64,000 nt of DNA from Octopus sinensis (GCF_006345805.1 NC_043001.1:51026001-51090000), one strand, 5' to 3'; positions 1 through 13,938 are shown, counted from the stretch's first letter. Notes: generated by a model from the letters alone, not told the origin. Translations and numbers: made by a program.

Positions 1-46
1 TTTAGAATTGCTATGTACAATATGTAACATATATTGTTTGTTCCTT

Positions 47-291
47 CTCAAGCCATCGCTGGTTCATAAGGGCCGGTTTCCCGGTTTCTTTGGCATATAG
101 GTTCCGCACCTGGATGGGATGCTGGTCGGTCACAGGTGAGCTGCAATATGCAGGAGGAAAGAGTGAGAGAAAGTTGCAGTGAAAAAGTCAGCAGAAGTTC
201 ACCATTCCCGGTCTGAGATTTGAACTTGCGATCCCTTGACCGCGAGTCCACTGCTCTAACCACTAGGCCATGCGCCTCCACAATATGTGAC
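47..291 (-). mobile_element. tRNA-derived SINE
   Basis: Minus strand begins GTGGAGGCGCATGGCCTAGTGGTTAGAGC (A box) ... AGTTCAAATC (B box); related copy at 45425-45724. Confidence 0.75.
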
Positions 292-391
292 ATGACATGC
301 AGTGATCACTTAAAAATGGAGGTACCAAGCACTTTGGAAATTTTTTAAAAAATCCTTTATTATTAAATATTTTTTATATTTTTGTTTGCAG

Positions 392-589
392 TTAACAGCA
401 GCGAAATATGCAGAGCTGAAAACCTCATCTTAAATGCACTATTGAATTGTTCAGACATTCCTGATAGGGTCAGCTGCACAATATCTTGCAGGAAGAATTA
501 TAAATTTTACCATAATATTAGTGCAGTCAGTGAAGTTATCAGCTGTAATTTTACCAATGGATTGAACCGAGAAGCACTTTTTTGTGTTG
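392..589 (+). CDS. Exon 1 in window of SVEP1/uninflatable-like gene; CCP/sushi-like module
   Basis: tttgcag acceptor, G|gtaag donor, phase 1/1; NSSEICRAENLILNALLNCSDIPDRVSCTISCRKNYKFYHN...ISCNFTNGLNREALFCV. Confidence 0.8.
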
Positions 590-952
590 GTAAGTTCAAG
601 TGATAAAACCAGATATGGAAATACCTAGGTATATATGTTTGTAATCCTTATGTCTTGGATATGAGCCAATAAAATACTCAAAGCTGGAGATAAATCTGAG
701 AGATGAATTCTGTGTTTGAAAAGTATAATTATTGTATTTGCTAGCATACAAGATGTAATCTCACATTAGGCATATCCCTTTTTTTACAAGTATAACGGAA
801 TTTTGCAACATTATTTTAGTCACTTAGTTTTACATGAGAGGGGGAGAGAAAGAGAGCTAATATTCAGCAGTTCGACTTGGTAGAGATAACTACACATCCT
901 TCAAAATTCATCCTAAATTTAAGTCAAAAAGAACTCTTTTGATGATGTAGGT

Positions 953-1183
953 TTAATCCTTTAGCATTCAGATTTCTTTGTCAAATATAATGCTTATTTA
1001 TTTACATTGTTTCGAATTAATCATGCATTATCTCATAGCTTTGAGATTTCAATGATGTGATTGTGTATTATTATTAGAATGACATTGCAGAGTAGGTGAG
1101 AGAGGTTGGATATGGTTAGTTTTAACACAAAACAGGTTGAATATTCAGGCTGGATATGGCTGGATTAAATGCTAGAGGGTTAA
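953..1183. mobile_element. TTAA-flanked MITE (piggyBac-like)
   Basis: TTAA-TCCTTTAGCATT ... AATGCTAGAGGG-TTAA termini; same family at 36370-36785, 39630-39857 and partially at about 10790-10955. Confidence 0.65.
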
Positions 1184-1751
1184 ACACAGTTATGCCTGAA
1201 CAAAAGATAGGGTGGTATATGCATTTGAAACTTCTTTCATTACAGATCAGTGTAACCAATGTTAGCCTGCACTTAAACAACAACAGCAACAACAAATAAA
1301 AGTGAAACACATATGTTTATACAGTAAGCCAGAAATTCAGATAGAAGATGCCTAAACTCCAGTGTTTGTGTTGGATCAGTTGTCTTATTGATTATACTCT
1401 CTCTAACTCTACTGTAGTCATACTGCCCTAAAATCTGGTGGGTTGAAAAACATGTATGCATTTTAAAAATAGCATTCATATTATTGTAGGAGATTTAGTA
1501 GTTGTACTGAGCTGGTCAGTCAGCTTTGTAAAGGATAATTGAATTGCAAAATACTGTGTTTTTTTAAGGAAACAGTTATGAGGAATTTAATGTCATAGTT
1601 GATGATGATGATGATGGTAAAAATTATGTTTACAATAATGGTGTTGATAATAATTTGAACTCACAATGTAAAGAGCCAGAAGAAATATCACTAAGCATTT
1701 TGTTTGGCATGGTAACAGTTCTGCCAGCTCACCACCTTAATAATGATAATA

Positions 1752-1937
1752 ATCATCTTTCTACTATAGGCACAAGGCCTGAAATTTGGGAGAAGGGTAT
1801 TGTTGATTATGTCGACCCCAGTATTCAGTTAGTACATATTTTATTGACCTCAAGAAGATGAAAGGCAAAGGAATTTGAATTCAGAACAAAGATGGATGAA
1901 ATACCACTAAGCCTAACAATTATGCCAGTCCACTGCC

Positions 1938-2002
<65 letters not shown>

Positions 2003-2215
2003 CTTTTCTACTCAAGGCACAAGGCTCGAAATTTTGTGGGAGGGGGGCTAGTCGATTAGATCGACCCCAGTATGCAACTGGTACTTAATTTATTGACCTT
2101 GAAAGGATGAAAGCCAAAGTCAATCTCGGCAGAATTTGAAATCAGAACGTGATGATAGACAAAATGCTACTAAGCATTTTGTTTGGTGTGCTGACGATTC
2201 TGCCAGCTCACTACC

Positions 2216-2218
<3 letters not shown>
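1752..2218 (-). mobile_element. Two SINE copies (GGCGGTGAGCTGGCAGAA family) separated by (TAA)n
   Basis: Reverse complement of head AAGGYRGTGAGCTGGCAGAA, B-box-like GAGTTCAAATT and central GCCTTTCATCCTTT motif; (TAA)n flanks. Confidence 0.75.
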
Positions 2219-2274
<56 letters not shown>

Positions 2275-3120
2275 AATGAGGCTGATGGTGGTGGTCACTC
2301 GCATTGATTTTGACATCATATGAGTGTTTGAAGGAAAAAAATTAAGAAAAAAAAAGGATTAAAAAAAAAGCTGCATCTATTTGCAATGGATGTTTGAATG
2401 TAATCCAGGCATAGATTTTGCTATGAAGTCAATGGGGACAATGATGATTTTTTTTTTACTTGGGATTGGATAAATGTATCTATTGATTACAAATAAAATT
2501 CTTTTATTGTTCTGTTTCTTCAACTCAAATTGTTTAGATACCTCATGACAATTAATAATAGTAAGGATAATGATGATAGTGATTATTATTATTATTTTCA
2601 ATAATTTTAATATGTCAATTTGTTTTTTTTGTATGTACCTGATGCATGTGTCATGCTTAAGAGAAAGAAATTGTTGAAAGAAATTTTGTTGCTTAAATAA
2701 AAGTTTTTAACTAGATCTCTTGCAATTTCTGGAAGAGATTTGAAACCATCACCTATGTGTTGTATTACTGCTTCCCAATACCCATGCATACTGGTCCACG
2801 GAAGCAGCAATGGTCTTAAAAAGAAAATTAAGATACTTAAATTTGATGTGTGTGTCGAGCAAGGGAGAGAGGTTACAATTTCTCAGTTTTGGTCAGGAAT
2901 TTTCCAGTTTCTTTTTTTAAAATACTTGGCAGTATTTTACCTGTATTTACATTCTGCATTCAAATTCCATCAAGGTCAACTTGGTCATTCAGCATTTTGG
3001 GGTCGATAAATTAAGTACCAGTTGAGTACAGAGTTGATGTGATCAACTGTTCCCCGCCCCCACAAATTCCAGGCCTTGTGTCTATAATAAAAAGATTATT
3101 ATTATTATTATCATTATTAT

Positions 3121-3290
3121 TGAGGCAGTAGACTGGCAGAATTGCTAGCATACCGAGCAAAATGCTTATGTTCTGTGTTCAAATTTTGCTGAGGCCAACG
3201 TTACCTTTCATCCTTTCAGGGTTGATAAAATAAGTATCAGTTACACACTGGGATCCATGTAATTGATTTACCTCTGGCTCCAAAATTTCA
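3121..3290 (+). mobile_element. SINE (same family)
   Basis: GAGGCAGTAGACTGGCAGAATTGCTAGC...GTTCAAATTTTGCTGAGG...CCTTTCATCCTTTCAGGGTTGATAAA. Confidence 0.7.
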
Positions 3291-3296
3291 GGATTA

Positions 3297-3590
3297 TCTC
3301 TATATATATAAACGGCAAAATGTCTGTGTGTGTGTCCTTTATACAAATCGACAATGTTTCAGTTAGAGGACTCACACTTTCTATGGTCATTTAAAACCGT
3401 CCAAGGATGGTCGTGCACATCTTTACATTTTCCCAGTCACCCTACAAAGCCATTAAAAAATCAATAGAATTGACTTTTTTGTGAATTTTCTATCCAAAAC
3501 TCAATCAAAATGCCTGAAACTTGATACACCAATTGAATGCCAGCTAACTGTATGTGATTGGCTGGAGATTTGGACAGTACTTGCATGTAT
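3297..3590 (+). mobile_element. Possible non-autonomous Helitron 5' portion
   Basis: Starts TCTCTATATATATAAA followed by a TGTCTGTGTG microsatellite, typical of Helitron/HINE 5' ends; similar end on the minus strand near 30943; no 3' hairpin/CTRR seen. Confidence 0.35.
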
Positions 3591-3627
3591 GTGTGCATGC
3601 ATGCTGCTGTATATGCATGCACTAGCA

Positions 3628-3632
3628 CTATT

Positions 3633-3726
<94 letters not shown>

Positions 3727-3738
3727 TTGTTGTTATTA
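3628..3738. repeat. Compound (TTG)n(CTG)n microsatellite at the 3' end of the Dong/R4-like element
   Basis: Direct reading; source of the poly-L/V/N ORFs in the ORF track. Confidence 0.95.
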
Positions 3739-6659
3739 TGTTTTGATTCTTGCCGTGCTATTTGCAGTTGTTCTTTAATTGAAAGCAGGCAATAATAAAT
3801 CATCAAAAGTTTCAAGAAGTGCCTTCTCCTGTGACTCAAAGAGTTAATACTCTCCTTAGAATGCGAACTGTATCCAACGATGCTGTCTTCTGTATCACCT
3901 AGAGCCTGGCAGCAGCTCCAATATTCTTAATGTTTTTCAAAGCCCTTGGAAACTGTTCCTAACGCTCCAATTACCACCGGTATCATCATCGCTTTCCTCA
4001 TGCCCCATACCTTTTCTATCTCATTCCGCAGTGGCTGGTATTTCTCACTCTTTTCTGTTTCCTTACAATTCACCCTCGAATCACCTGATATTGCAACATC
4101 TATTATCTTTGCTTCTTTTGTATCTTTATGGATGATCACAATATCTGGCCGTCTCGCCTCTATGGCTTGGTTACACTTTATGTTAAAATCTCAGATTATT
4201 TTGTAATGTTCATTTTCCATTACTTCCTCTACCTTGTGTTCATAACATTGTTTGGCTCTCTCGAGGTTTGCTTTATTGCACAACAGCCAGTGGACATATC
4301 TGGCCACATTGTTGTGTCTCCTTTGTCTGAGCTAACAACACTCACTAACAATATGGCTTATACTTTCTCCCTTCTCAGAGCACATCCTGTACTGTGGCGA
4401 GTCTTCTTTTATCAATGTGATATTTGGAGTAGTTTGTTCTGAGCGCTTGTTCTTTAGTGCTGCACACTAATGCCCCAGTGGGCCCTTTTAAGTCTCTTTT
4501 CTGCAACCATTGCCAGGTTCTATTCCAATCAATCTCATCTTTACTCTTCAAGAACTGACTGTGCATTTTATTGTCCTGCTAAATTTTCTTCATCTGCTCT
4601 TCCTCTGGTCTTTCTTAAATCATTTTGGATCTACAGCTTCATTCACTTTTTAAGGTTCCCTGCATTTTCACTGCTTCAATCATTTCTTCCTTACTCCCCT
4701 TGACATACCAAGCCAGGCTATTCTCTTCTTCCCTTACACAGCCTTCACAACACACCAATCCCTGTCCTCCTTTTTTCCTCCTTATATACAATTTTGACAC
4801 ATCACACTTGGGGTGTGGTTCCTTGTTCATTGTCATTAATTTACGTGTCCTCCAGTCTATCTCTTGTAATTCATTCTTCTTCCAAGATACTATTCCTGCC
4901 CCATATCTCATTAAAGCAACCTCCCACATGTTAATTGCTCTAATCTTATAGCAACCATTTAGCTTTGATTGGAGCACAAGCTGAGTTCTCCTCAAATACT
5001 CTTTCCTGTACATTTCTTTCATCTTGTGTTCATTCATCTTAGCTCTTTCAATGATACCCAGGTACTTATATCCTTCTTCTCTGACTTCCTTTATCATTTC
5101 ACAACTTTCCAGCTTGATCCCATAGCTTTTACTGATTTTCCCCCTTTTGAGAATCATTACACCACATTTCTCGATCCCAAATTCTATGCCAATATCTTTG
5201 CTAATCATCTGCACTGTTGCCATCAAACTCTCAATTTCTTTCTCAGTCTTAGCAAATAGCTTTAGGTCATATTGTTCTCACAGAGCTTCATTTCTGTTTT
5301 TCTGTCCTAGAATATTAATGTTTTCTGGTCCCATTAATAGTCTGCATTATTCTCCTTTTCCACCATGGTTCCTTTAGGTCATGTTGACATTTACCTTTGG
5401 CTTTCAAACCTAACTACTGGGCTATAATGATCGAGATTGCATTTATCAGATTGTTGGTATCTGTGATGTTGTGAGTCCTGATATCACCAGTGAAATCACT
5501 TTTCTTTCTGACATTGAGTTTCTTTCTGGCTACTTTTTAAACCCCATATAAAAGCTCTGTTCACCAGAGGTCCAAATATCAATGATTTTGTTTAAAATGG
5601 ATATCTGTTCCTCAGTTCTCTCATTGCTTTCCTGATCAATAATCTCAGCCTCATGCTCGTTTTCTTCCTTCAACTCTACTGCCATAGTTTCACTATCTGC
5701 ATTCTCTTCCTCATCATTCCATTCACCGCTAGTCTTACTATCCCTAAGCACCTGTCTCTTAATGCTTTCTAGTTCAACTGGAGATAACCATTCATTCTTT
5801 CTGATGGCTGTAGCTTGGTCATATAAATTTTGTTCACTTAATTCAAATAGGATTCTGTCGCTCCACACCCTGTGCATTCTTTTCTTATATCCCCTAGCAG
5901 GTACTTCATTATCATTTCTCAGATTACCCAGAAAATAGCACTCCATTACAACCACATTCATTTCTTTCATCCACCATCTTTTAGCAGTTACTTGATGGTG
6001 ACTGGGCCCATGCTGTTCACCCATGGGGCACCCACTGAGCAAGAGACCTTCACAAGATATTCCAGCCTCATTCATGCCATTCTCATTTCTATTTTTATTT
6101 GACATTTCAGCACTCACGATGAGGGTTAGTGAATTTTAGGTTGCATAACCATTTGTATTTTTTTCCCATGACACCATCACTGGCAGAATCCCTACCCTAG
6201 GATATAGGATTCCTGTAAACCTGGTTACTTTTTAGAGTTTCCGTCTCCTACAAGGGGTCTTCAAGTGTTATGACTGCTTCTGCCTCTTAGGTATATACTA
6301 TTTTGGTGGCCATTGCCTCATAAGAGTTCATTAGACTTTATATAGGTCTTGCTTTTCTTCCTGTAGGTTATCAAGGTAGCAAGAATCATACACCCTTCTC
6401 ACAGAGCAAACTTTGTGGGGCTGCCGAGAGAGAGAGAGAGAGAGAGAAGAATAATTGCCTTACTCCCAGATTGGATCCTGGGAAGAGGAGGTGTGGGTGG
6501 GAGGATGGGCACATTAGAGTAGCTAGGTAGGAATATTTGATAAACAAAAAAAAAAAAAAAGGAAAAGTGGGAGAAGAAATTTTCAACTGACTTTCTTTGG
6601 TATTGTGTTGCTAGCCTCATGGCAAAGCCATCCTTTCATTAGAGTTGCTAGGTAGGAAT
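3739..6659 (-). mobile_element. Dong/R4-like RLE non-LTR retrotransposon, internally deleted and degenerate
   Basis: N-terminal KRWWMKEMNVVVMECY...GYKKRMHRVW...SEQNLYDQATAIRKNEWLS (5530-6117); RT C-terminal half DLKLFAK...EFGIEKC...YKYLG...LYIRRKKGGQGL (4639-5270); frameshifted CCHC finger near 4300-4400; RLE IIDVAISGD...EKSEKY...IPVVIGALG (3927-4139); RT domains 0-5 deleted near 5270. Confidence 0.85.
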
Positions 6660-6684
6660 TATTATTATTATTATTATTATTATT

Positions 6685-7958
6685 GGGAAAAACTAGAAGT
6701 AGTTGATAGCTTCCGTTATCTAGGTGACCAAGTCAGTAGTGGGGGTGGGTGCGCTGAAAGTGTAACTGCTAGAATAAGAATAGCCTGGGCAAAGTTTAGG
6801 GAGCTCTTACCTCTGCTGGTGACTAAAGGCTTCTCGCTCAGAGTAAAAGGCAGATTGTATGATGCATGTGTACGAACTGCCATGCTACATGGCAGTGAAA
6901 CATGGGCCGTGACTGCTGAGGACATGCGTAAGCTCATGAGGAATGAAGCCAGTATGCTCCGATGGATGTGTAATGTCAGTGTACTTACTCGACAGAGCGT
7001 TAGTACCTTGAGAGAAATGTTGTACCTAAGAAGCATCAGTTGTGGTGTGCAAGAGAGACGATTGCGCTGGTATGGTCATGTGGCGAGAATGGATGAAGAT
7101 AGGTGTGTGAGAAAGTGCCAATCCCTAGCAGTTGAGGGAACCCATGGAAGAGGTAGATCCAGGAAAACCTGGGACGAGGAGGTGAAGCACGACCTTCGAA
7201 CGTTAGGTCTCACCATGGAAATGACTAGAGACCGAGACCTATGGAAGTATGCTGTGCGTGAGAAGACCCGGCAAGACTAGTGAAGCCATAACCCGTGGCC
7301 CCTACCTGGGACGTAGTCAGTCCACCTGTGCATACCTTCCTTCCTGTGACACTTGTGAAGACCTGTTGAGGCAAGTGAAAATCAAAATCAAACCAAATCA
7401 AATCAAACCAAATCAAAATAGATGAACATCAATGGAATTTGTATCTTTGTGGTACCAGTGCCGGTGGCACATAAGAAAACCATCCGAATGTGGCCGTAGC
7501 CAGTACCGCATCGATTGGCCTCCGTGCTGTGGGCACGTAACAAACACCATCAGATCGTGGCCGTTCGCCAGCCTCGTCTGGCACCTGCGTCGGTGGCACA
7601 TAAAAAACACCATCCGAGCGTGGCCGTCTGCCAGCTTCGTCTGGCACCTGTGTCGGTGGCACATAAAAAACACCATCCGAGCGTGGCCGTCTGCCAGCCT
7701 CGTCTGGCACCTGTGTCGGTGGCACATAAAAAACACCATCCGAGCGTGGCCGTCTGCCAGCCTCATCTGGCACCTGTATCGGTGGCACATAAAATCATCC
7801 ACTACACTCTCGGAGTGGTTGGTGTTAGGAAGGGCATCCAGCTGTAGAAACACTGCCAGATCTGACTGGCCTGGTGCAGCCTTCGGGCTCGCCAGACCCC
7901 AGTTGAACCGTCCAACCCATGCTAGCATGGAAAGCGGACGTTAAACGATGATGATGAT
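6685..7958 (+). mobile_element. RTE-clade LINE, 5'-truncated 3' fragment
   Basis: EKLEVVDSFRYLG...GRLYDACVRTAMLHGSETW...RRLRWYGHVARMDEDR...GRSRKTWDEEV, then a 3' UTR with 63-bp tandem repeats and a (GAT)n tail; highly similar to 15750-16968. Confidence 0.92.
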
Positions 7959-7964
7959 TATTAT

Positions 7965-8146
7965 AAGGTGGCGAGCTGGCAGAATCGTTAGCATGCCAGG
8001 TGAAGTGCTTAGTGGTATTTTGTCTGTATTTACGTTCTGAGTTCAAATGATGCTGGGGTTGACTTTGCCTTTCATCCTTTTGGGGTCAATGTAATTGACT
8101 AGTCCCCTCCCCCAAAACTTCAGGCCTTTTGCCTATAATAGAAATG
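7965..8146 (+). mobile_element. SINE (GGCGGTGAGCTGGCAGAA family)
   Basis: AAGGTGGCGAGCTGGCAGAATCGTTAGC...GAGTTCAAA...GCCTTTCATCCTTTTGGGGTC; (ATT)n tail. Confidence 0.8.
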
Positions 8147-8233
8147 ATTATTATTATTATTATTATTATTGTTGTTGTTGTTGTTGTTGCTGTCATTGTT
8201 GTTATAATTTTTTTTTGTACTTCCTCTTTACAG

Positions 8234-8445
8234 AAGAAATATCGAGTAGCTACCAACTAGCTGTTGTGTATGTATATAAAACAGAGAATATTACATGTAT
8301 ACAAAATGAGCTTATGAAAGAAGTTCCTGGTGTATATAAGGATTTTGCCTCACAGCTTCATCAGTTTTATGGTGAAAGGTTTAACATCACAGAACCAAAA
8401 TCATCTTATGCATCACCAGTTTCAACAGAACTGAAAAATAGTTCG
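8234..8445 (+). CDS. Exon 2; linker region
   Basis: ctctttacag acceptor, TCG|gtaaat donor, phase 1/0; EISSSYQLAVVYVYKTENITCIQNELMKEVPGVYKDFASQLHQFYGERFNITEPKSSYASPVSTELKNSS. Confidence 0.75.
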
Positions 8446-10306
8446 GTAAATGTTCTTAGAAGTTTAATTAATTTTTTTTTTTTATAATTTGCCTTTCTTT
8501 TATTAAACTATTTATTTATCTATTTCAATTGTAGAACAATTCTCTAAATGTTGATATTTTGAATTGAAAATATTTCCATACTTCCTTCTAGGAATAAAAG
8601 CTATGAAGCACATAAATCCATAAGTAATAGGAACATGAGCCTTTAATTATAGGCATCCAAAATCTCAGTTTTCAGCTAGTCCAGTATTCTGGTCCCTTGT
8701 AGATTTCAAACAGTTTTGCTGATTTCCCTTGTTTGATTAACCTGTTAATCCAAGAATTAAGTAGATAAGTCAATTGCCAGATTAAGTAACAGAGAGAGAA
8801 AAAAAAAACATTTTCTGTTATTATTACATCAAAAGTTTTGAAATATCTTGTAAACTATTCATCTATATAGAAGCATGGAGATGATGATGATGGTGGTGGT
8901 GGTGGTGGGTTGTTGGTGGTAATAGTTGTGGTGGTGGCAATGGTAGCAGAGGTGGTAGTAATGCTGCTGCTGCTGCTGAGGATGTTGTTGCTTTTGTTGT
9001 TGTTGTCACTGCTGCTGCTGCTACCATTACCATCATCTTTGTCATTGGCATCATTGTCATTGTTGTTCTTATCATTATCATGATGCATCCTATGATTTCA
9101 ACATACCCTGGCTTAGATCGTAACATACAATTTAACTCATAGCTGAGATCCTGACATGTACCACTATTCTGGGTTAGAATAGACCTGGGAACAATAGTAG
9201 CTAAATAGTAATTCCACACTTCTCAAAATGCTGGAACTCCTGAACAGTTTAAAGTCATTCTCAGGAATCATTGAACCTGTGCAAGAATGGAATGAGATAT
9301 AAAAATGATGACAGCAATGGAGGCAGTGATGATAGTACTAATGGTGGTGGCAGTGGTGGCAGTGATGTTAACACCAAATCTCTATATCTTTCCTTCTTGA
9401 AATCATTATTCATATTATGAATCCCCACAATTCCTGGCCTGTAATAGAATCTCTATGTAGTTGTTATATCTATTATAAATAGCAGCCTCTTCACACTTAT
9501 ATCACATCCTATTGTCTTAAAAATAAGAAGGATACATTAGATAGTATATACTTGGATAAATCGTGCATTTAAATAAACAGGATGTTCTGAGCTGGAGCAA
9601 CTTTGCTCATAGGTCTGTTAAACATTTTGGCCATTCTCAGCTCAATGTAGTCAATTTGAAATGGTTGAAGAATGTTTATATTTGCAACTGTGTGAACTCT
9701 GTGAAAGATATCCAAGAGATAAGCAATGGGGATAAATCTGGTGATAGATTATATCTACTATCCAAGAACAGGAACTGTAACTGTCCTTCCAAAACACTTT
9801 TACACAATTTTTTTTAACCAAATTTTCATTCACAGAATTTTGGCTGTATGGTAGGATGGAATCCAAAGCCAATTAGTTGCAAAAGAAATCTGTTAACCAC
9901 CATTTTTTGGTGATTCTCTGTGAAACCCTTAACTTTAAAAGTCTCCGTTATTTGATTCTTCCTCAAGTAGCAACAAGTGATTTGCATCTCACAATGCTGC
10001 ACTAGAAATCTTTGTCTCTATTAGTTTTGATAAGTCCTTTGTTTAATGTTGTGTGCCTTTGCCAATAATGTCAATGTAGTTGAGTGATCTTTGTCCAATA
10101 TTAAAGTGCTGAAGTGTTCAAAAAATGTATTATGTTATGTCTCAGTTACTCTTCATTTGATTTCTATTCATTTGACTATCTAATATTTGTCATTTTACCA
10201 CTATTAAAATCTTCAATATTTAACTTATTGCCCTAATTTTGTATCTCCAAAATTTTGTGTAACAGACTTTTGAAAATAAACTAGATTTAACTCCTTTTAT
10301 TTTCAG

Positions 10307-10508
10307 GTTTATGCGACTGTTCGACTTGAATATAATGGAGATGCTAATCTTTGGAGAAAATTAAAGAGCCACTTTGACTCATATTTTGCAATGAAATCAG
10401 GAACTGACCATTTTAACCCTAAATGTGCACCAAAAAAAGAAATTTTAGACAGCATAAGTGGTTTCAAGTGTTCTGGGAATGCAAAGCTTGTTCAAGAAAA
10501 TAGATGTC
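10307..10508 (+). CDS. Exon 3; linker leading into ephrin-receptor-like repeats
   Basis: ttttattttcag acceptor, C|gtgagt donor, phase 0/1; VYATVRLEYNGDANLWRKLKSHFDSYF...SGFKCSGNAKLVQENRC, resembling the FCRPGSVLRGRMC stretch preceding the Eph-like repeats of SVEP1. Confidence 0.85.
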
Positions 10509-12263
10509 GTGAGTAGTTATGAGTAATCTGAGTCGTGAGTTGTCTGTGTGAATACATATCAATTTTCCCTTATCGAAATTTATAATCGGTTGCAATTTGT
10601 TTATTTACCTTGAAAAAGGTATCAGGTATTTTCTATGAGTTCCAGCTGTTGTGTTGTTAAAGATCCAAAATACCTGCTTAACCCTTTAGTATTCAAATTA
10701 CTATGTCAAAACAAAGTGTATAGACAAGATAAAGAAATAAGAAACAACAAGTGTTACAATTCTTATTTATGCACTTTACTTTATATTTATCATAAATTAT
10801 TTCATATTTTTGATTTTGATGATGTAATTGCTTATTTTTAGAGTGGTATTGTAGAGTAAGTGTGAGAGACCAGATCAAGCAAATTTGACAATAAAACAGG
10901 TAGAATATTTGGGTTAGATAAGGCTGGTTTAAATGCTAAGATATTAAAGGGTAACCAGTCTGTTCTGTTCTAGCTCTGTACTAGATCCTTGTCCATAATA
11001 CTTAACAATCAAAAATTCAGTCCAGCAAAGCTGTAAATAAGAAGCAAAAGCACATATCAGATAACTGCTGTATATAATAGGAGCAAGAATCTCATGAACT
11101 TGTAACACTATATTTAAGTCCTTCCTTATACATTGAAAAGATAACAGGAAATCATTCCTATGTATTTTTCCCCAAGAGATTCTTTAATTAACAGGGTTAT
11201 AAAAAATTTTAACTTTTCATAAAACTTTTATCAGAAATTGTCAAAAATAATATTTTGTTTTACAGTCATCAAAATTTGATAGATTTTCTTTCATTTAATG
11301 ACCTGCAAAATGACTATTAAAGACAATGCAGCTGGTGGTTTGTCAATACTTATATTTCATAGAATGTTGATGGTGGGCAAGAGTTCTAGTGGAAGACTTG
11401 AAGCATTGATGAGGGCCGAATTAACAATTTATTAGAAAGAACTTTCAAATCCAAACTTTAAGGACAACTTCCAGTTATCTTCTTGCCTTGCCATTAAACA
11501 ACAGATGAGCATTGTCTGTTGGAAGAAATTCCATAAACACAATAGCCCTTTTAGCCAGGCATGTTTAAGATGCGTACAAGCTGGTAAAAGTGTCCTGCAT
11601 GAATTAGTTCCATGTCTAAATATTGCTGTCTTGTGGATTTATGTTGAACAGCTTTTTTCATGTGTAGGACAGATCTAGCTGTCAACTGAATTCATTATGA
11701 AAACTGCCCTGCTGCTTTCCTTTGCCTAAAAAGGGTGGCCAGTTTTCCACTGTAGTGGCTATGATAAAAGAGATGGTATAGTGGATAAGATTAAAAAGAT
11801 TATTCTTTAACCAAGCCCTGGAAAACCTCTTAAATTCCACTTTATGAGAAAGGTAACGGTAGACAGGAAGGCTCTTTCTTCCAGTGGTTTTGTTGAAAAG
11901 TGAGTGAGAGTGGCCAAAATGGACTGTGTAAATAGGCCTGCACTCTGCATATGCCTGCAGGAATGGAGATTACAACTGGGACAGAACACATCTGGTAGTT
12001 AGAGTAATACCAGATCATCAGGATTTATTTATTGACCCAAAATGGCTGTCTTTCTATTAGCATGTCTTGTGAAAATGCCTTTTGTATAATTTTATTTTCC
12101 ATGCTTGATTTTCTGTTGCACTTAATTCATTGTAAACCTCTACCATTTGTAATTTCCCTGTATATATATATCATTCTTGTGGGAGGAGGTGGTGGTTATG
12201 GTGATGATGATGCTATTATCATCTATTAACTGATCAATGTTTTCCTTTTTATCCTTGACAAAG

Positions 12264-12422
12264 TTACCTGTCCTCCTGGAACATATGGTTTTGATTTCAA
12301 AGACTGTCTACCTTGTCCACAAAATACTTACAACTCACAGTATGGCTCAAGTAACTGTACAACATGCCCTCGTGGGACATACAACTCTCAAAAGGGCTCT
12401 TCAAGTATACAAGACTGCTTTG
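12264..12422 (+). CDS. Exon 4; ephrin-receptor-like (GCC2/GCC3) repeat 1
   Basis: aag acceptor, G|gtaagt donor, phase 1/1; TCPPGTYGFDFKDCLPCPQNTYNSQYGSSNCTTCPRGTYNSQKGSSSIQDCF. Confidence 0.92.
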
Positions 12423-12884
12423 GTAAGTCTCATTTCAAATTAAAGAACTAATAAATTCTTATTGGCAGCATAAGGATTTATAAACTTTTGAGAGAATGTG
12501 ACATAATTCTTTTTTGAAACAGTGGGCCTCAAAACACATAAAGCTAAAAATAATAGCATGCAAATATTGGGTTGAAAATCTCTTCTGGATAGAAAATGTC
12601 GAAAGGTGCCCATGTCACATTGGTAGAACACCTGACATGTCTACAGGAGATGTGGGTTTGTATCCCACTGGCAGCCTTGATTCCAGTTTCATGTGTCTCA
12701 AAAGAGATATGTAAACTTACATCAGATGTATACATATGAAAAGGTCCAATGTACACAGAATACAAATGAAATAGGGAATTAAAGGGGTGGAGGAAAGGTA
12801 TTACAAATCCAGCAGCTGTTTCTGGAAGCTTGTCGGTCACCCCTTTAATTCTCTATTTCATTTGTGTTCTGTGTATGTCGAACT

Positions 12885-13078
12885 TTATATATATTTATAT
12901 TATGTATATATATCTATATCTATATCTATATATTATATATATATATATATATATATTATGTATGATATATTATATATATAGATATATATGTATGTATATA
13001 GATATATATATATATATAATATATCAATATATGTATGATATATATATATATATATATATGTATGTATATATATATAGG

Positions 13079-13109
<31 letters not shown>

Positions 13110-13137
13110 TATATATATATATAAATATATATATATG

Positions 13138-13184
<47 letters not shown>

Positions 13185-13372
13185 ATATATATATATATAT
13201 ATATAATATCTATATTATGTATATTATATATATATATAATATATATAATATATATATATATCTATGTATGTTATATATATATATAATATATAATATATAT
13301 ATATATATGTAGGTATATATATATATATGAGGATATATATGTATTGATATATATTATATATATAATCATATG

Positions 13373-13407
<35 letters not shown>

Positions 13408-13543
13408 TATGTATATATATATTATATATATATATAAATGTATGTATCTATATATATATATAATATATATGTATGTATATATATATATATATATAACGAT
13501 AGATATACTATGTTGTATATATATATATATATATATGTATGTC

Positions 13544-13574
<31 letters not shown>

Positions 13575-13647
13575 ACTATTATTATATATATGTATGTATA
13601 TATATAATATATATATATATAATCGTAGTAACTATATATATATGATA

Positions 13648-13692
<45 letters not shown>

Positions 13693-13935
13693 ATAATATT
13701 ATATATATATATATATATTTTATTGGGTATATATATATATATAATATTATACATTACATATATATATATACTATATTATATATATATACATTACATAATA
13801 TATATATCTATATATATATTATAATATAACAGACAGATATACTATATATATATATATTACTCATATATATATACCTATATATATATATATATACATTCAT
13901 AAAACCTACCAGCCATAGTATATATATATATATAC
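12885..13935. repeat. Long degenerate (TA)n/(TATG)n array
   Basis: Direct reading; the I/Y-rich ORFs here are artefacts. Confidence 0.95.
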
Positions 13936-13938
13936 ATA

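Noticed and set aside
7413-7944. ORFs with 21-aa repeats on both strands
   Set aside because: They are read-through of the 63-bp tandem repeat in the RTE 3' UTR.
12600-12680. tRNA-like segment (A/B-box-like motifs)
   Set aside because: The cloverleaf does not close; treated as an eroded SINE head, not a tRNA gene.
12752-12875. 38-bp inverted repeat with GAAACAGCTG on the minus strand
   Set aside because: The core would need three changes (CCGACAA; U16.1C) and no stem I forms; at best an unrecognisable relic.
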